Program-made: the position numbers and the translations under genes
The notes under the pieces: generated by a model
The model's database searches: none
What the model saw: only the letters and a program-made list of their open reading frames with translations
Told to the model about the DNA's origin: nothing
DNA from: Tubiluchus corallicola
Lineage: Eukaryota > Animalia > Priapulida
NCBI GenBank assembly: GCA_030141605.1
Contig: JAQGDQ010000837.1
Coordinates: forward strand, 1 to 64,000
Direction of reading: 5' to 3'
Length of the DNA stretch: 64,000 bases
Shown: one piece after another, positions 41,401 to 56,400 of the stretch
How positions within the stretch are numbered: the stretch's first letter is position 1
Layout: each line of letters begins with the position of its first letter

Positions 41401-44400
41401 CCAATTAGACTCTTACCTCTTGTTGTAGCCACTCCCACTCCATGTCACTAACCAATCGTTTGCCGGATGGAATGGAATCGTCACTTTTTTTAGCCGAGGC
41501 AACTAATGTTTCACTGTAAGCCATTTCTGGAGTGATATCTGAAATTAGCAAACACATAAATAAAACAAAATTATTTCAATAAACAGATAAAATTTTTAAT
41601 ACTAAAACAGGCTGTTTAATTTTTGTTTAAAAGTAAAAAAATCAAGTTTTCTTTGAAGGTATACAATAACAGTTTAAAACAGACCTAACCACAAGAGTAA
41701 CCAAGACTTAATTTTGAACGACGAACACTCGTTTAACTATTTGATGTTATCGCCATTTTCAGCTCTGCCAGTCACTAAGCAACAAAAGGATGCTGCTGGA
41801 TGTTCTCAAAGAGTAGTACGATAGTTCCACGCTTAACGACGCCGATGCGTTCCAGCAAAATGCGACGTTAAGAGAAAAGTTGTTAAACGAAGCCAACACT
41901 TCCACAGAATGTAATGTAAGAGAATTGAGATACGTTCCAGAGGCATCAATGCTGCTTATATCATATAAATTAAACATAATATGTGTTATATTCATACATT
42001 TACTGATGAAATTCAACATAATATGTGTTATATTCATACATCTACTGATGAAATCCAACATAATGTGTTATATTCATACATTTACTGATGAAATTCAACA
42101 TAATATGTGTTATATTCATACATCTACTGATGAAATTCAGCATAATATGTGTTATATTCATACATCTACTAATGAAATTACCTATCTTTCTTATCAATAC
42201 CTAACTAGCAGTTTCTCTTTCGTTTATGTTAAAGCCCTAGCACTGCATTAGCAGTTAAACAATGCATAGTAAAAGCCAAACTCCACTTTATGCAAATGGC
42301 TAGCATTTAGCAGTCAGTCAAAAAGCAAAAACATAAACAATAATTGTACTGTTTTATGTTATTAGTGCATTTTTAGAACAGAATAATGCAATATACACTG
42401 AACAGAATAGCGCAATATGTACTGAACAGAATAGCGCAACGTGTACTGAACAGAATAACGCAACGTGTACTGAACAGAATAACGCAATATGTACTGAACA
42501 GAATAACGCAACGTGTACTGAACAGAATAACGCAATATGTACTGAACAGAATAACGCAATGTGTACTGAACAGAATAACGCAATATGTACTGAACAGAAT
42601 AACGCAACTTGTACTGAACAGAATAACGCAACGTGTACTGAACAGAATAACGCAACGTGTACTGAACAGAATAACGCAACGTGTACTGAACAGAATAACG
42701 CAACGTGTACTGAACAGAATAACGCAACGTGTACTGAACAGAATAACGCAACGTGTACTGAACAGAATAACGCAACGTGTACTGAACAGAATAACGCAAC
42801 GTGTACTGAGCAGAATAACGCAACGTGTACTGAGCAGAATAACGCAACGTGTACTGAACAGAATAATGCAACGTGTACTGTTTTAACGCATTAAATTAGA
42901 TAAAAAAGTTGTTGATAATAAAATTGGCTTCGAGCAAAGTAAAAAAAATCGTCGTTAAAACGAAACGGTGTGTCGTTAAGTGAGAAAAACATGTCAGATG
43001 TTCAGCATCGTTAAAACGAAACGTCGCTAAACGGGGAGTCGTTAAGCGAGGATTTACTGTGTAATGTATTTTATACAAGTACAGTGGTAAAGTTTTATTC
43101 CATCTGTTTTGTACTACATAGTAATAATAATAGTAGAAATGTATGAATAGCAGTACATAGTCCAGGTACATTTTGATGATTCAAATTAGGCAAAAATGTT
43201 GCTGATAAAACAAAAATGTCTTTGAGCAAAGAAAAAATTGATGTTAAAATAAAACATGCGTCATTAAGTCAGAAAATGGTGTCAAACGTTTAGCGTCGCT
43301 AAATGGGGAGTCTGAGAGCGAGAACTTGCTGTACTACGTTTTTCAGAAATGTAATTAATCTTTGATTTTTGTCGACAAACACTGACAAGTAATAGACTGA
43401 AAAACAGATTAAATAAGAAAAAATAAAGCCAATTTTTTATTTATTACAGGCACTTGAAAGCATTTATAACCAAAACACCACAACATTATTAAAATTTCAA
43501 ATTCACATAATCAAAAATCGCACTAACTGTTTCGACACACTACTGCTGTCGTCGCCTGTGGTAAATTTTATAAACATACAACCGTGTTATGGCCAAATTC
43601 ATTACCTATTTGGCTTCTGTTAACTACTTAATTGCTTGCATAAACTGGTTGTATTGAAAAATTTACCATTGTTGATGACAGCAGCCGTCTGTCGAAACGT
43701 TAGGCGTGGTTTTTGACTACGTGAATTGGAAGTTTTAATAAAGTTGTGTTGACTTGGCTGGAAAAGAGAACAGTCGCTAAAACATTAAAGGCGCATTCAC
43801 ATCTACTAGTAACTTTCAAGTTAAGTTTTACTGTTTTTATTTTGCAACAGTCACCGTACAGTGCAGTAAAGCACACATACCAGTAATTGCTTTTTGTTGG
43901 TCAACGGTCAGCTGTACATGTGGAATGTTCATGGTTTTTGCCGGACTCCATCGATTCAAGATGGTTTCCATGTCCTGGAGTGACCGAGTCTCGTGTGATT
44001 CATCGGCTAAAGCACTTAGACGACTGCAAAACCAACCAGTATTATTTTTATAGGTATTTATACACTTTCAATTTATACATAAGTGTTTGTAACATCAGTG
44101 CGGCCATTTTTAACTGATGCCATTTTTTTCTTATACTGTACTATCAAAACTTCCGCACATTTTTTTTGTGTCACCCGATACACGTGACACTCATATCACT
44201 GTTGCAAAAGCGAGGAGGCGTCTGTCCGAATTTGCCGATTGTCCGCATTTACCGACACTAAGCTGATACAGTAGACGCTGTGTATTAGACTCATGGTAAT
44301 GTAAAATCAATCGCCTAATTGTCTCAAAAATATGCAACAGTATATAAAAATTGTCTGCAAATAACTCCGCACAATCGACTTACTGTCAAGTGTTCAGCAT

Positions 44401-47400
44401 TTTTAAAACGAAACGTCGCTAAACGGGGTGTCGTTAAGCGATGACTTACTGTCAAGTGTTCAGCATTTTTAAAACGAAACGTCGCTAAATGGGGTGTTGT
44501 TAAGTGAGGACTTACTGTCAAGTGTTCATCGTCATTAAAACAAAACATTGCTAAGCGGGGTGTCGTTAAGCGAGGACTTACTGTCAAGTGTTCAGCATCA
44601 GTAAAACGAAACGTAACTAAACGGGGTGTTAAGCGAGGACTTGCTGTCAAGTGTTCAACGTCATTAAAACGAAACGTCGCTAAACGGGGTGTTGTTAAGC
44701 GAGGACTTACTGTCAAGTGTTCAGCGTCATTAAAATGAAACGTCGCTAAACGGGGTGTCGTTAAGCGAGGACTTACTGTCAAGTGTTCAACGTCATTAAA
44801 ACGAAACGTCACTAAACGGGGTGTTGTTAAGCGAGGAATTACTGTCAAGTGTTCAGCGTCATTAAAACGAAACGTCACTAAACGGGGTGTTAAGCGAGGA
44901 CTTACTGTCAAGTGTTCAACGTCATTAAAACGAAACGTCGCTAAACGAGGTGTTGTTAAGCGATGACTTACTGTCAAGTGTTCAGTGTCATTAAAACGAA
45001 ACGTCACTAAACGGGGTGTTGTTAAGCGAGGACTTACTGTCAAGTGTTCAGCGTCATTAAAACAAAACGTCGCTAAACGGGGTGTCGTTGAGCGAGGAGT
45101 TACTGCCAAGTGTTCAGCGTCATTAAAACGAAACGTCGCTAAACGGTGTGTCGTTAAGCGAGGACTTACTGTCAAGCGTTCAGCGTCATTAAAATGAAAC
45201 ATCGCTAAACGGGGTGTCGTTAAGCGAGGACTTACTGTCAAGTATTCAGCGTCATTAAAACGAAACATCGCTAAACGGGGTGTCGTTAAGCAAGGACTTA
45301 CTGTCAAGTGTTCAGTGTCATTAAAACGAAACGTCGCTAAACGAGGTGTCATTAAGCGAGGACTTACTGTACATCCTCCAATTTCGAGAAGGAGCTACAA
45401 TCATGCAGCCATAACAAATATAGTGAATGAAATCTCGCCTCGCTGATTTACAATCATTCATACGTCACGCCGACTGCTATCTAAATATGAAGCCACAACG
45501 TTTCTTGTAATTAAAATAACGAGCACTTCTAAGGCCATCTTAGATTGTTATTAAAACATGATACGGTTACTCCTAAAAAACAGGAGCTGTAGTGGCACAG
45601 CTCTGTAAAAGAAGGCACCACTAACCTGTCAATAGCTGAATCACTAAGACACGACGTGGAAGCAGCCTTTCTTATCGAAGCACCAGAACTGGCCAAACTT
45701 TTGTCAGCCGACACGAATTCGCCGAAGTCATCCGACAAAGCACTATCGTGGTCCAGTCCGATGTCAAGTACATCATTAGATCTCTATAAATACAACAGTG
45801 ATAGTAGTTAATGAAACAGAAAACAACTTTGTTATTTGATAGGTGATAATGTAGCTAACAGGGATGCAGGGGGAGCAACCGCTCTCCCACCCAATGTATT
45901 TTTCAAAATTGGCGGAATTATTTTTTTGATAATTCGATGCTAGAATATAAAATTCCAATATATGTAGCATTTGTTGTTATAAAAAAACAAGAAAATGACA
46001 TTTCACCAAATTTTTGGGTCATTCTACTTTGAAGCATCATAACGTAGTTTTAACTATGCCGACTTATGGACAGTTTTGGTTTGCAAGCACAAATATAACA
46101 ATTATGCACTTCCTTTAAAACTGTATCTTCCTCGTGTTTTGATTTCAAACAAAATCAAATACATAATCAAAGTGTTAAAAATTGTTTGGTACGTGTCACG
46201 GCGTCTTTTTTACGTGCTTGCTGGCTATGCCCCTTGGTGATGCTACAATAATCTTTTAACAACTACAATAAAAACAGATGAAATGGAACCAATTTAAACA
46301 GATATAAAAAAACTTAATACAGTTCTACTTACGTCTAAAGAACTAGTTGAAAGCATCGATGACTCGTGAGCTGCAGTGAGCCGATTCAGCAGTGGACTAG
46401 TTCTATCAGGTGCTGTCAGTAAAAAGTACATTTCAGAGAGAAGATTATAAAACTGTCAGGAATACTTTAACTAGCATGTTTAAAGTAAGTAGGGGGGGGG
46501 GGGGGGCAAATGAACATTTTTATATAAAAAACCAAAGCAGATTTCTTTATGCTTGGGTGCCTACAAACTACAGCTTAACTGAATGATTGGCCATGCTACT
46601 AAAGCGAAACTTAACCGAATGATTGGCCATGATACTAAAGCGAAACTTAACCGAATGATTGGCCATGCTACTACAGCAAAGCTTAACCGAATGATTGGCC
46701 ATGCTACTAAAGCTAAGCTTAACCGAATGTTCAGCCATGATACTAAAGCGAAGCTTAACCGAATGATTGGCCATGCTACTACAGCGAAGCTTAACCGAAT
46801 GATTGGCCATGCTACTAAAGCGAAACTTAACCGAATGATTGGCCATGCTATTAAAGCTAAGCTTAACCGAATGACTGGCCAAGCTTTTGGCCATGCTACT
46901 ACAGCGAAACTTAACTGAATGACTGGCCATGCTACTAAAGCTAAGCTTAACCGAATGACTGGCCTTGCTACTAATGCGAAGCTTTACCGAATGATAGGCC
47001 ATGCTACTAAAGTGAAGCTTAAACGAATGATTGGCCATGCTACTAAAGCGAAGCTTAACCGAATGACTGGCCATGCTACCAAACCGAAGCTTAACCGAAT
47101 GATTGGCCTTTACCAAAGCGAAGCTTAACCGAATGATTGGCCATGCTACTAAAGCGAAGCTTAACCGAATGTTGGCCTGCTTCACAGCGAAGCAACCGAA
47201 TGATTGGCCATGCTACTAAAGCTAAGCAACCGAATGTTGCCACTAAAGCAACAACGATGATTGGCCATGCTACTAAGCGAAGCTTAACCGAATGATTGGC
47301 CATGCTACTAAAGCGAAGCTTAAATGAATGATTGGCCATGCTACTAAAGCGAAGCTTAACCGAATGATTGGCCATGCTTCTACAGCGAAGCTTAACCGAA

Positions 47401-50400
47401 TGACTGGCCATGCTACTAAAGCTAAGCTTAACCGAATGACTGGCCATGCTACTAATGCGAAGCTTAACCGAATGATAGGCCATGCTACTAAAGTGAAGCT
47501 TAACCGAATGATTGGCCATGCTACTAAAGCGAAGCTTAACCGAATGACTGGCCATGCTACCAAACCGAAGCTTAACCGAATGATTGGCCTTTACCAAAGC
47601 GAAGCTTAACCGAATCATTGGCCATGCTACTAAAGCGAAGCTTAACCGAATGACTGGCCATGCTACTAAAGCGAAGCTTAACCGAATGATTGGCCATGCT
47701 ACTAAAGTGAAGCTTAACCGAATGATTGGCCATGCTTTTGGCCATGCTACTAAAGCAAAGCTTAACCGAATGATTGGCCATGCTACTAAAGCGAATCTTA
47801 ACCGAATGACTGGCCATGCTACTAAAGCGAAGCTTAACCGAATGATTGGCCATGCTACTAAAGTGAATCTTAACCGAATGACTGGCCATGCTACTAAAGT
47901 GAAGCTTAACCGAATGATAGGCCATGCTACTAAAGTGAAGCTTAACCGAATGATTGGCCATGCTACTAAAGTGAATCTTAACCGAATGACTGGCCATGCT
48001 ACTAAAGTGAAGCTTAACCGAATGATAGGCCATGCTACTAAAGTGAAGCTTAACCGAATGATTGGCCATGCTACTAAAGTGAATCTTAACCGAATGACTG
48101 GCCATGCTACTAAAGTGAAGCTTAACCGAATGATAGGCCATGCTACTAAAGTGAAGCTTAACCAAATGATTGGCCATGCTACTAAAGTGAAGCTTAACCG
48201 AATGATTGGCCATGCTTCCAAAGCAAAGCTTAACCGAATGATTGGCCATGCTACCAAACAGCAACTTAAGCGTAAGTTCACAGAACCTCTTTGTGATATA
48301 ACCGAAGTTTACGGACTGGATTTTTTTTCCATTTTTCCCATTCTTTTAGCTAAGTTTGGGCTCAAATTTTTTTTTTTTTGGGATTCAAAATTAAAATTCA
48401 GTTTATTTCCACCAGCAAACTATAATCTTCCAAATACAAATACAACTTATTACCATATAATTGAAAAAACAAAACAAAAAAGAAATTTAAGTAATGGATA
48501 ATGCTGACTCATAAGCGTCAGTAGCGGCTCGTGTATAGGTATAGAGGACCTGCAGCACCACCTATTTTCACTCAATATTATCGATAATATTCAGTATAAT
48601 AAGCCTTTTATAATTGCACGGAACCAGAGCACATGAGGGTAGTACTGTTTCCTTCACAGCCCAGCACAGTGCTGTACAGCAAGGCGGTGTTTGGCTGTTG
48701 TGCGCATGTCCGAGCCCAGGTAGAAAATGTACTGTCGCTCACGCAGTTTGTTGTCAGTTGTCACATGCTGCACTGTGACAGTTTAGGCTATTAGTAAGCA
48801 AAAAATATTTTTTTTGTAGGTGATTTATCAAGTTTATGTACAAACTTTCATACGTTTGTTTGTTTAAAATTACAATAACAAATTACAACATTAAAGTTAC
48901 ATGTTTCTTTCGTTTTGCACAATATTAAAACAATGGCTAAAAATTTTCTAAAATAGCACCCCAACTAATTTCATTTATGATCTAACGCTGGAAATGACCA
49001 AGTGACCATTTGGTTAGCCAAAGGAATGAACTTAAGGAATGTTTGTTTGCTTAAAATTGCAATAACAATCGCATATATTAATTCTACAGGTATATATGTA
49101 TATATTTATTTATATATTTATATATATATATAAGATTCGAGGCTACAGCTTCGACGACGGCACCATTAGTGGCGATCTATACATCAAACGAAAGGTCTCG
49201 ATCTAATGCCATGCCATTGGGGGTTTATTTTTCAAATCGGGCCCACCGGGTCATACAGCGGGCAAAAAACCTCCAAAATTGCCATATTTTGGCCGTTTTT
49301 TGCAAAAGTTATATGACTGAGATCTGGAGAACGGGAACGGGCCACGGGTGGTGCTGGCTATGGATAGATAGCCCGTTCAGCAGTGGGTGTCATAGGCATA
49401 TTTACAATTCGCGAGAGGACCACTGCGTCCCGTAACGGGCATTTTCCCGGACCCAACTCGCAATTTTTTCGAAATTTTGCTCAAACAGCATGCGGAAAAA
49501 AACTTTTAGCGTCGCCTGGTAGGACTCTTGGAAGGAGATATACGGCTCTTTAGAAAGAGGAAGAACAGGGCTACACGATGATGTGAGCTATGTGTTAGGA
49601 CACGTCCACCAAAAGGAGTGACGACGAGTTAATTAGATGTTCTATTTTCCGCTATTTTCGCTTGGAAAACTGCTGACGCAAAGCCATTGTTGTGATGTCA
49701 TCCATTATCCTGTCTATAACTTTAATTCAGTAAAAGATGCAGGTTTTGCGTTACGTAAGTAAACAAACACTAGGTAGGATGTTCGCGTATTTTTGATTAT
49801 GAGTGTATTTATACGCAAAATTTTTTCCGGGGCCTTGGCTAGTCACAACATTAATGTTACACGTGTTTATTTCCGAAGCAGCACCGCCACTAATTTTACT
49901 AAGAGCCGCCATTGGTAAGCGTACTATAGCGTTGAAGGTAACCATGAAAGGGATCTTACAGGTTATCAAGAAACGTGAAAAAAAGCATGAAGAATGAAGA
50001 GAAGAAAGCTTTTGAGAGACAAGAATGAAGAAGAGCTATGTAGCAGTTAGACGGAAGGAAAAAAATCAGAAAGAAGAAGTCAAAAGAAAACATAAAATAA
50101 GAAAACAATGATCACGCTCAGATTAGCTGCAAGTGATCTTTGACAAGAAGCCATCTGCGGATGCTAAATGACCGATACGAATCACCGGCCAATTATTCAC
50201 TATTATTAAACATTAGACATTATAGGGGTTCGTTGCATCAATAACCAATCATTATAACGTACTGTTCGATTCTGCACGTTGTGTTAGCTGCTGTTCTTTC
50301 TGCTCCAGTTTTCTTGCTTCTTCTTTCTCCGCATCTCTTTGTTTAGCTTCTGCGATTAAAAAATGGTGAGTAGTTTAGAAGAAATCGTGCATTTAAGTAT

Positions 50401-53400
50401 GTACGCTAAACAAAGCATAAGTTGTCAAGGGAAGCGATATACGTTTTTAAACAGTGTTGTTGTGCATGTTAGGCGATGATAGTTAGGTAATGTGAGGCTT
50501 GGTTGTCAATAGGATAGGTGAACATCGAGAAAACTGATTCTAAGTAGTTTTATTAGCCTCAGACATCTATTTTGGGCATAAATACTGACCTGAAACACAC
50601 CTGGCTGAGCACATCTCAAAGGATTATCTGTCAATGCAATACATCAATTTTGGCGAGCGTTGGAGGATTTGACATGTTAGATCACTTCTAAATATTTCTT
50701 GTTAAAATAGAACGCTTAAATACACGTATATCATAGCTAAGCTAATTGTGATCAGCATCAGTTTTAGGTAAGCAAAGTGGTGAGCATGATTACCCAAGGA
50801 CAAATGAAGGTCATTTCATCTTTTGACAGGAATTTCTCCTTAAAAATAGAATAGACTTGAAGCCAAAGTTTATCAGAGTGTTGTGTCTGGATAGTTGAAA
50901 TTTTCTGCATTAGCGGATTTCACACATGTGACACTGCAGTTACTGAAAGGTTTTTCAATTTTTTCATCAAAAATTGATTTTTAATTTGTCTAATGTAAGC
51001 AAATGCACTAAATGCCTTTCATATATAATTTTGCATGAAAATCCATCGTGTGAGGAGTAGAAACCTACAAAAATTATTAAATATAATGTAATCGCTGCTT
51101 AGTGAGAGCAGTTTTTCATGAACACATGCAAAATGCAGCAAATGCTTCCGGTCCTGATGGAGTTAATTTTCAGCTGTTTTGCTTCAGAGCTCTACAATCT
51201 TAGCTAAATTTTCTTTTTTTCCTACAAGCTATCAGCAGTAGGAACACAGTGTGATACAGACTACCTAGACTGATAGTCCCATCCAACATTATAATACATT
51301 TAAGGTTGCTTATCTATGATATGTATTACGCAATTACTTGTAGTGTGTTAGTAGCACTATTACCCATGTGGTTACTGTTATTATAGTATATTTGCATAGA
51401 GTTTATATCTAAGCGGGCTGCAATACTGCTTATATGCATTAGGCAATTACTTGTAGTGTGTTAGTAGCACTATTACCCATGTGGTTAATGTTAATATAAT
51501 ATATTTGCATAGAGTTTATATCTAAGTGGGCTGCAGTACTGCTTATATGCATTACGCAATTACTTGTAGTGTGTTAGTAGCACTATTACCCATGTGGTTA
51601 ATGTTAATATAATATATTTGTATAGAGTTTATATCTAAGCGGGCTGCAATACTGCTTATATGTATTACGCAACTACTTGTAGTGTGTTAGTAGCACTATT
51701 ACCCATGTGGTTAATGTTAATATAATATATTTGCATAGAGTTTATATCTAGGTGGGCTGGAATACTGCTTATATGCATTACGCAATTACTTGTAGTGTGT
51801 TAGTAGCACTATTACCCATGTGGTTAATGTTAATATAATATATTTGCATAGAGTTTATATCTAAGTGGGCTGCAATACTGCTTATAAGCATTAGGCAATT
51901 ACTTGTGGTGTGTTAGTAGCACTATTACCTATGTGGTTAATGTTAATATAATATATTTGCTGAGTTTATATCTAAGCGGGCTGCAATACCGCTTATATGA
52001 AAGTATAAGTGAACTAGTAATTTTGATGCAATACAATAATATCTCGGTTTGCCGGACGTGGCCAAAATCTGGATCGTTAAAAGTCCCGCCTGCTACGGAC
52101 CACGTTCCGTTGTTTCGCGAGGTGACCGCTAACTGGCAGCCCGTCACTTTGTTCACATCATTACATCAGTGAAACGACACGACAGCGTGTAACGACACGT
52201 GTGTAGGTTGTATGTCAGGAGCGGCCCGTACTAGATATTTTTTGAGACAATTCGGTGATTGATTCTACATTACTGTGAGTCTAATATGCAGCGCCTACAG
52301 TATTAGCTTAGCATCGGTAAATACAGACGATCGGCAAATTCTGACCGACGTTTCTTCCGCCCTGTTAACCAACGTATCACAGTAATTGCACTTGCTTGTT
52401 ATATGGCGCTTATATAAACAACGTTTCAGTAACTGCTTGTAGTGTGTAATAAAATACGTGCTTTTATATGTATACGAAAGGATATGTGTTGTCCCAGGAG
52501 AAATAAGAACTCATAAAATATGGCGGCTTAAGGTACGACTCCATTTCTACTTAATGCGTAATCCGTAATCCATAATGCGTGATCCGTATTCATTCAATTG
52601 TGACCGCCATTGTCCGAAAACGCATCATGCAGCAGTACGTAGAAGGGAAACAGCTGTTGCGCGGCCGATTATAGTTGGTTTCCGGTGACCATTTTCGCTG
52701 TTTCACTTTCTGAAAATTCTGGTTAGGTGAGTTTTGGTCAGTTTAGGACCTACAAACAATAATATTTTTCTATTTGAGTTTTTGAGAGGTGGAAGAATCA
52801 TGAAGTTACGTATTGGGCATCTAACAGCAGTTCTTTCACTAAACGATGATACCTGCCATATTGTTCTCTCCCCTGCAAGATGTTGTGCACCCAAAACTTG
52901 TGCTTTCTTTTCCGTCTAATAGTACAATAATAAACTAATGCTGCAGCTGTAATTATCTAGGTTAAATTTCGACACAGACGTGGTTTCCAGAAATTATTGC
53001 TTGCAATTTTCACGAATAGCGACCAGAAATGGTGGAAAGAGCGCAGGGAGCTTAATACGCATAGTGTTTACGGACACAGAAACAGTTACATGTTACAGAT
53101 CACGCATTACATGTCACAGATCACGCATTACATATCACAAATCACCCATTACGTGCACATGGAGTCACCCCCACAAGTTAACAACGAACCTGCCACCTGT
53201 CGTTGCTGCTCTGGTGATAAGACGCTTTCCAACCGTCGCAAGTCGGCGATCTGTAATCGCTGCGATTCCAAAAACTGGTCGTTGGCAGCTTGCCAAGTTT
53301 GCTTCAAATCCGTGTGGTTCTTCCTCTCTGCTTCCAACAATTTGCACACTGTAAATGCGCCGTTAATTAATAAATGGTTCGGAAGTGGTGCTGACAAACC

Positions 53401-56400
53401 ACTTGCACAGTGGTGGCTAGTTTTTTTACTGGATTACTGCTGTGTTTACAAATCCCGAGATGTCTACAATAAACATAACGGGCATGTGATAATTAATCAA
53501 CAAATGTAACAAGTAAAAGTGACTGATACCATACTGACTCTGAGTAACTCGACTGTAACAAGTAAAAGTGACTGATACCATCATGACTCTGAGTAACTCG
53601 ACTGTAACAAGTAAAAGTGACTGATACCATCATGACTCTGAGTAACTCGACTGTAACAAGTAAAAGTGACTGATACCATACTGACTCTGAGTAACTCGAC
53701 TGTAACAAGTAAAAGTGACTGATACCATCATGACTCTGAGTAACTCGACTGTAACAAGTAAAAGTGACTGATACCATCATGACTCTGAGTAAATTGACTG
53801 TAACAAGTAAAAGTGACTGATACCATCATGACTCTGAGTAACTCGACTGTAACAAGTAAAAGTGACTGATACCATACTGACTCTGAGTAAATTGACTGTA
53901 ACAAGTAAAAGTGACTGATACCATCATGACTCTGAGTAAATTGACTGTAACAAGTAAAAGTGACTGATACCATACTGACTCTGAGTAAATTGACTGTAAC
54001 AAGTAAAAGTGACTGATACCATCATGACTCTGAGTAACTCGACTGTAACAAGTAAAAGTGACTGATACCATACTGACTCTGAGTAAATTGACTGTAACAA
54101 GTAAAAGTGACTGATACCATCATGACTCTGAGTAAATTGACTGTAACAAGTAAAAGTGACTGATACCATACTGACTCTGAGTAAATTGACTGTAACAAGT
54201 AAAAGTGACTGATACCATCATGACTCTGAGTAACTCGACTGTAACAAGTAAAAGTGACTGATACCATACTGACTCTGAGTAAATTGACTGTAACAAGTAA
54301 AAGTGACTGATACCATCATGACTCTGAGTAAATTGACTGTAACAAGTAAAAGTGACTGATACCATACTGACTCTGAGTAAATTGACTGTAACAAGTAAAA
54401 GTGACTGATACCATCATGACTCTGAGTAACTCGACTGTAACAAGTAAAAGTGACTGATACCATACTGACTCTGAGTAAATTGACTGTAACAAGTAAAAGT
54501 GACTGATACCATCATGACTCTGAGTAAATTGACTGTAACAAGTAAAAGTGACTGATACCATACTGACTCTGAGTAAATTGACTGTAACAAGTAAAAGTGA
54601 CTGATACCATCATGACTCTGAGTAACTCGACTGTAACAAGTAAAAGTGACTGATACCATACTGACTCTGAGTAAATTGACTGTAACAAGTAAAAGTGACT
54701 GATACCATACTGACTCTGAGTAAATTGACTGTAACAAGTAAAAATGATTGATACCATCATGCAGTTCACTGCGCAATCGATCATTGTCCTCTTGCAACAC
54801 GGACTTCTGGGTATTAAGCACTGACACGTACATCTCTAGATCACTGCGGGAAGATTTCTCCGCTTGCAAAACATGACTCAACTCTTTCATCTAAAAAATA
54901 AACGACAATTCACCGCTAGGATAGTGAGCACAGAAACAGCCAAATGGTCACGGCATGTGTTTAGTGACTGATGTTATGAATAATGACGAAGCTGATAAGT
55001 GAGTTCGTGAGTGCCTAGGTTCAATACTCAGTCTCGCAGTTTCCTTTGTCATACTGATTCTGGCTATTTACCTTGCAGAGAAAAACTTATATATGTCCAA
55101 ACATGTCTAAAAACACCTCTGACAGTGCAGTGACTCATCTTAGAAGAAGAGTAGGGCTGTAATGATAAACCTTGGTCATGATATGATACATGATACTAAT
55201 TGCATGATACCTGAGGTAATGTTTGTGAGCTTTTTAAAAGAAACTAGAGTGACTTTTTGATAATAAATGCTAAATATATTTTTTCAATAGATAGGTTTGA
55301 CACAACACAGGCAAACTTTGTTGATACATGTATTGTAATAAAAGATATCATGATACATCAATGTATCGTTACAGGTTCAATAATCAGTTACGGGTTCCAG
55401 TCTTTCCACAATTAGCTACGTTAAGTAAGTCTCGTCATTAAATACCCTGCATTCTTGCTTGCAGTGTATCAAACTGTGTATTTATTCATACTCTTGTACA
55501 GTACACACTCAAAAAATGATAAGAATGATAAGAATTAAGATGTAAATTAGTTAAAACATATATGCAAAGGCTAAATTTTTACCGTTACCTTCTCGTTAAT
55601 CGAGGAAGCCTCCGAACTCGTCTGACCGGCGTCCAGTAACGATCTAATGACTCGGCCAGCATCTCCGCTTAACGAAGGCAGAACCTGCAAACGCGTGAGA
55701 TTCAACGCTATGGAAGAACTTCCAAACATTTCACAAAAAAAAAAACAGTTTCAAACAACGATCATCTCTGTTTAAATCATGTTTTAAGAGAGTGCGATGA
55801 TTTACCATAGCTTTGTGATCATTAGTGGTGAACCTCGAACATGCGAATTCAATTCAAACAAGTTTATTTTTGAATTCGAATCTAAACTATAGATTCGAAT
55901 AATTCAGCACTTCAATCACATATGTTCCTGATCATTAAAACGATTGAAACATCATGCAATTAGCATAATTTAGCTGTCATTTCTGCGCACAATTTTTAAA
56001 CAAATTACTAGTCGTTTTATCGCAGAACAAAATCTAGTGATACACATGATCTTTGTAAGACTAATTTTTACTGGTGGTTCGAAAACTTGTTCGAAAATCG
56101 TTCAATCTCAATTCGAATTCGGTTCGAATTCGAAACACTGAAGTTCGGGTCGATTCTAATTCGAAAGTCACAAATTCGATTCGATTCGAATTTGCTTTCT
56201 GGTAGAGAATGCTCACCCCTAATAGACAGTGGCCAATTAGTCTCGACTAACGCAACGACACAACCACGACCTCGAAGCTCATCAAATCCAACTGTAAACA
56301 ATTTCCCTCCGCTTTCTCCGAATAAGAGCAAGTGGAAGGAGATAATTGGTTGAAATCTAGCCTACCTTGTTAGCCGACTCGAGCACATGCACTCTCTCTT

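Noticed and set aside
41759-41960. GC-richer, coding-looking intronic segment
   Set aside because: Not needed for RABEP1 phase continuity, all + frames after the apparent acceptor hit stops, and no recognisable motif.
49133-49760. GC-richer block after a (TA)n run
   Set aside because: Probably an unclassified transposon fragment, but I found no TIR, TSD, second copy or convincing ORF.
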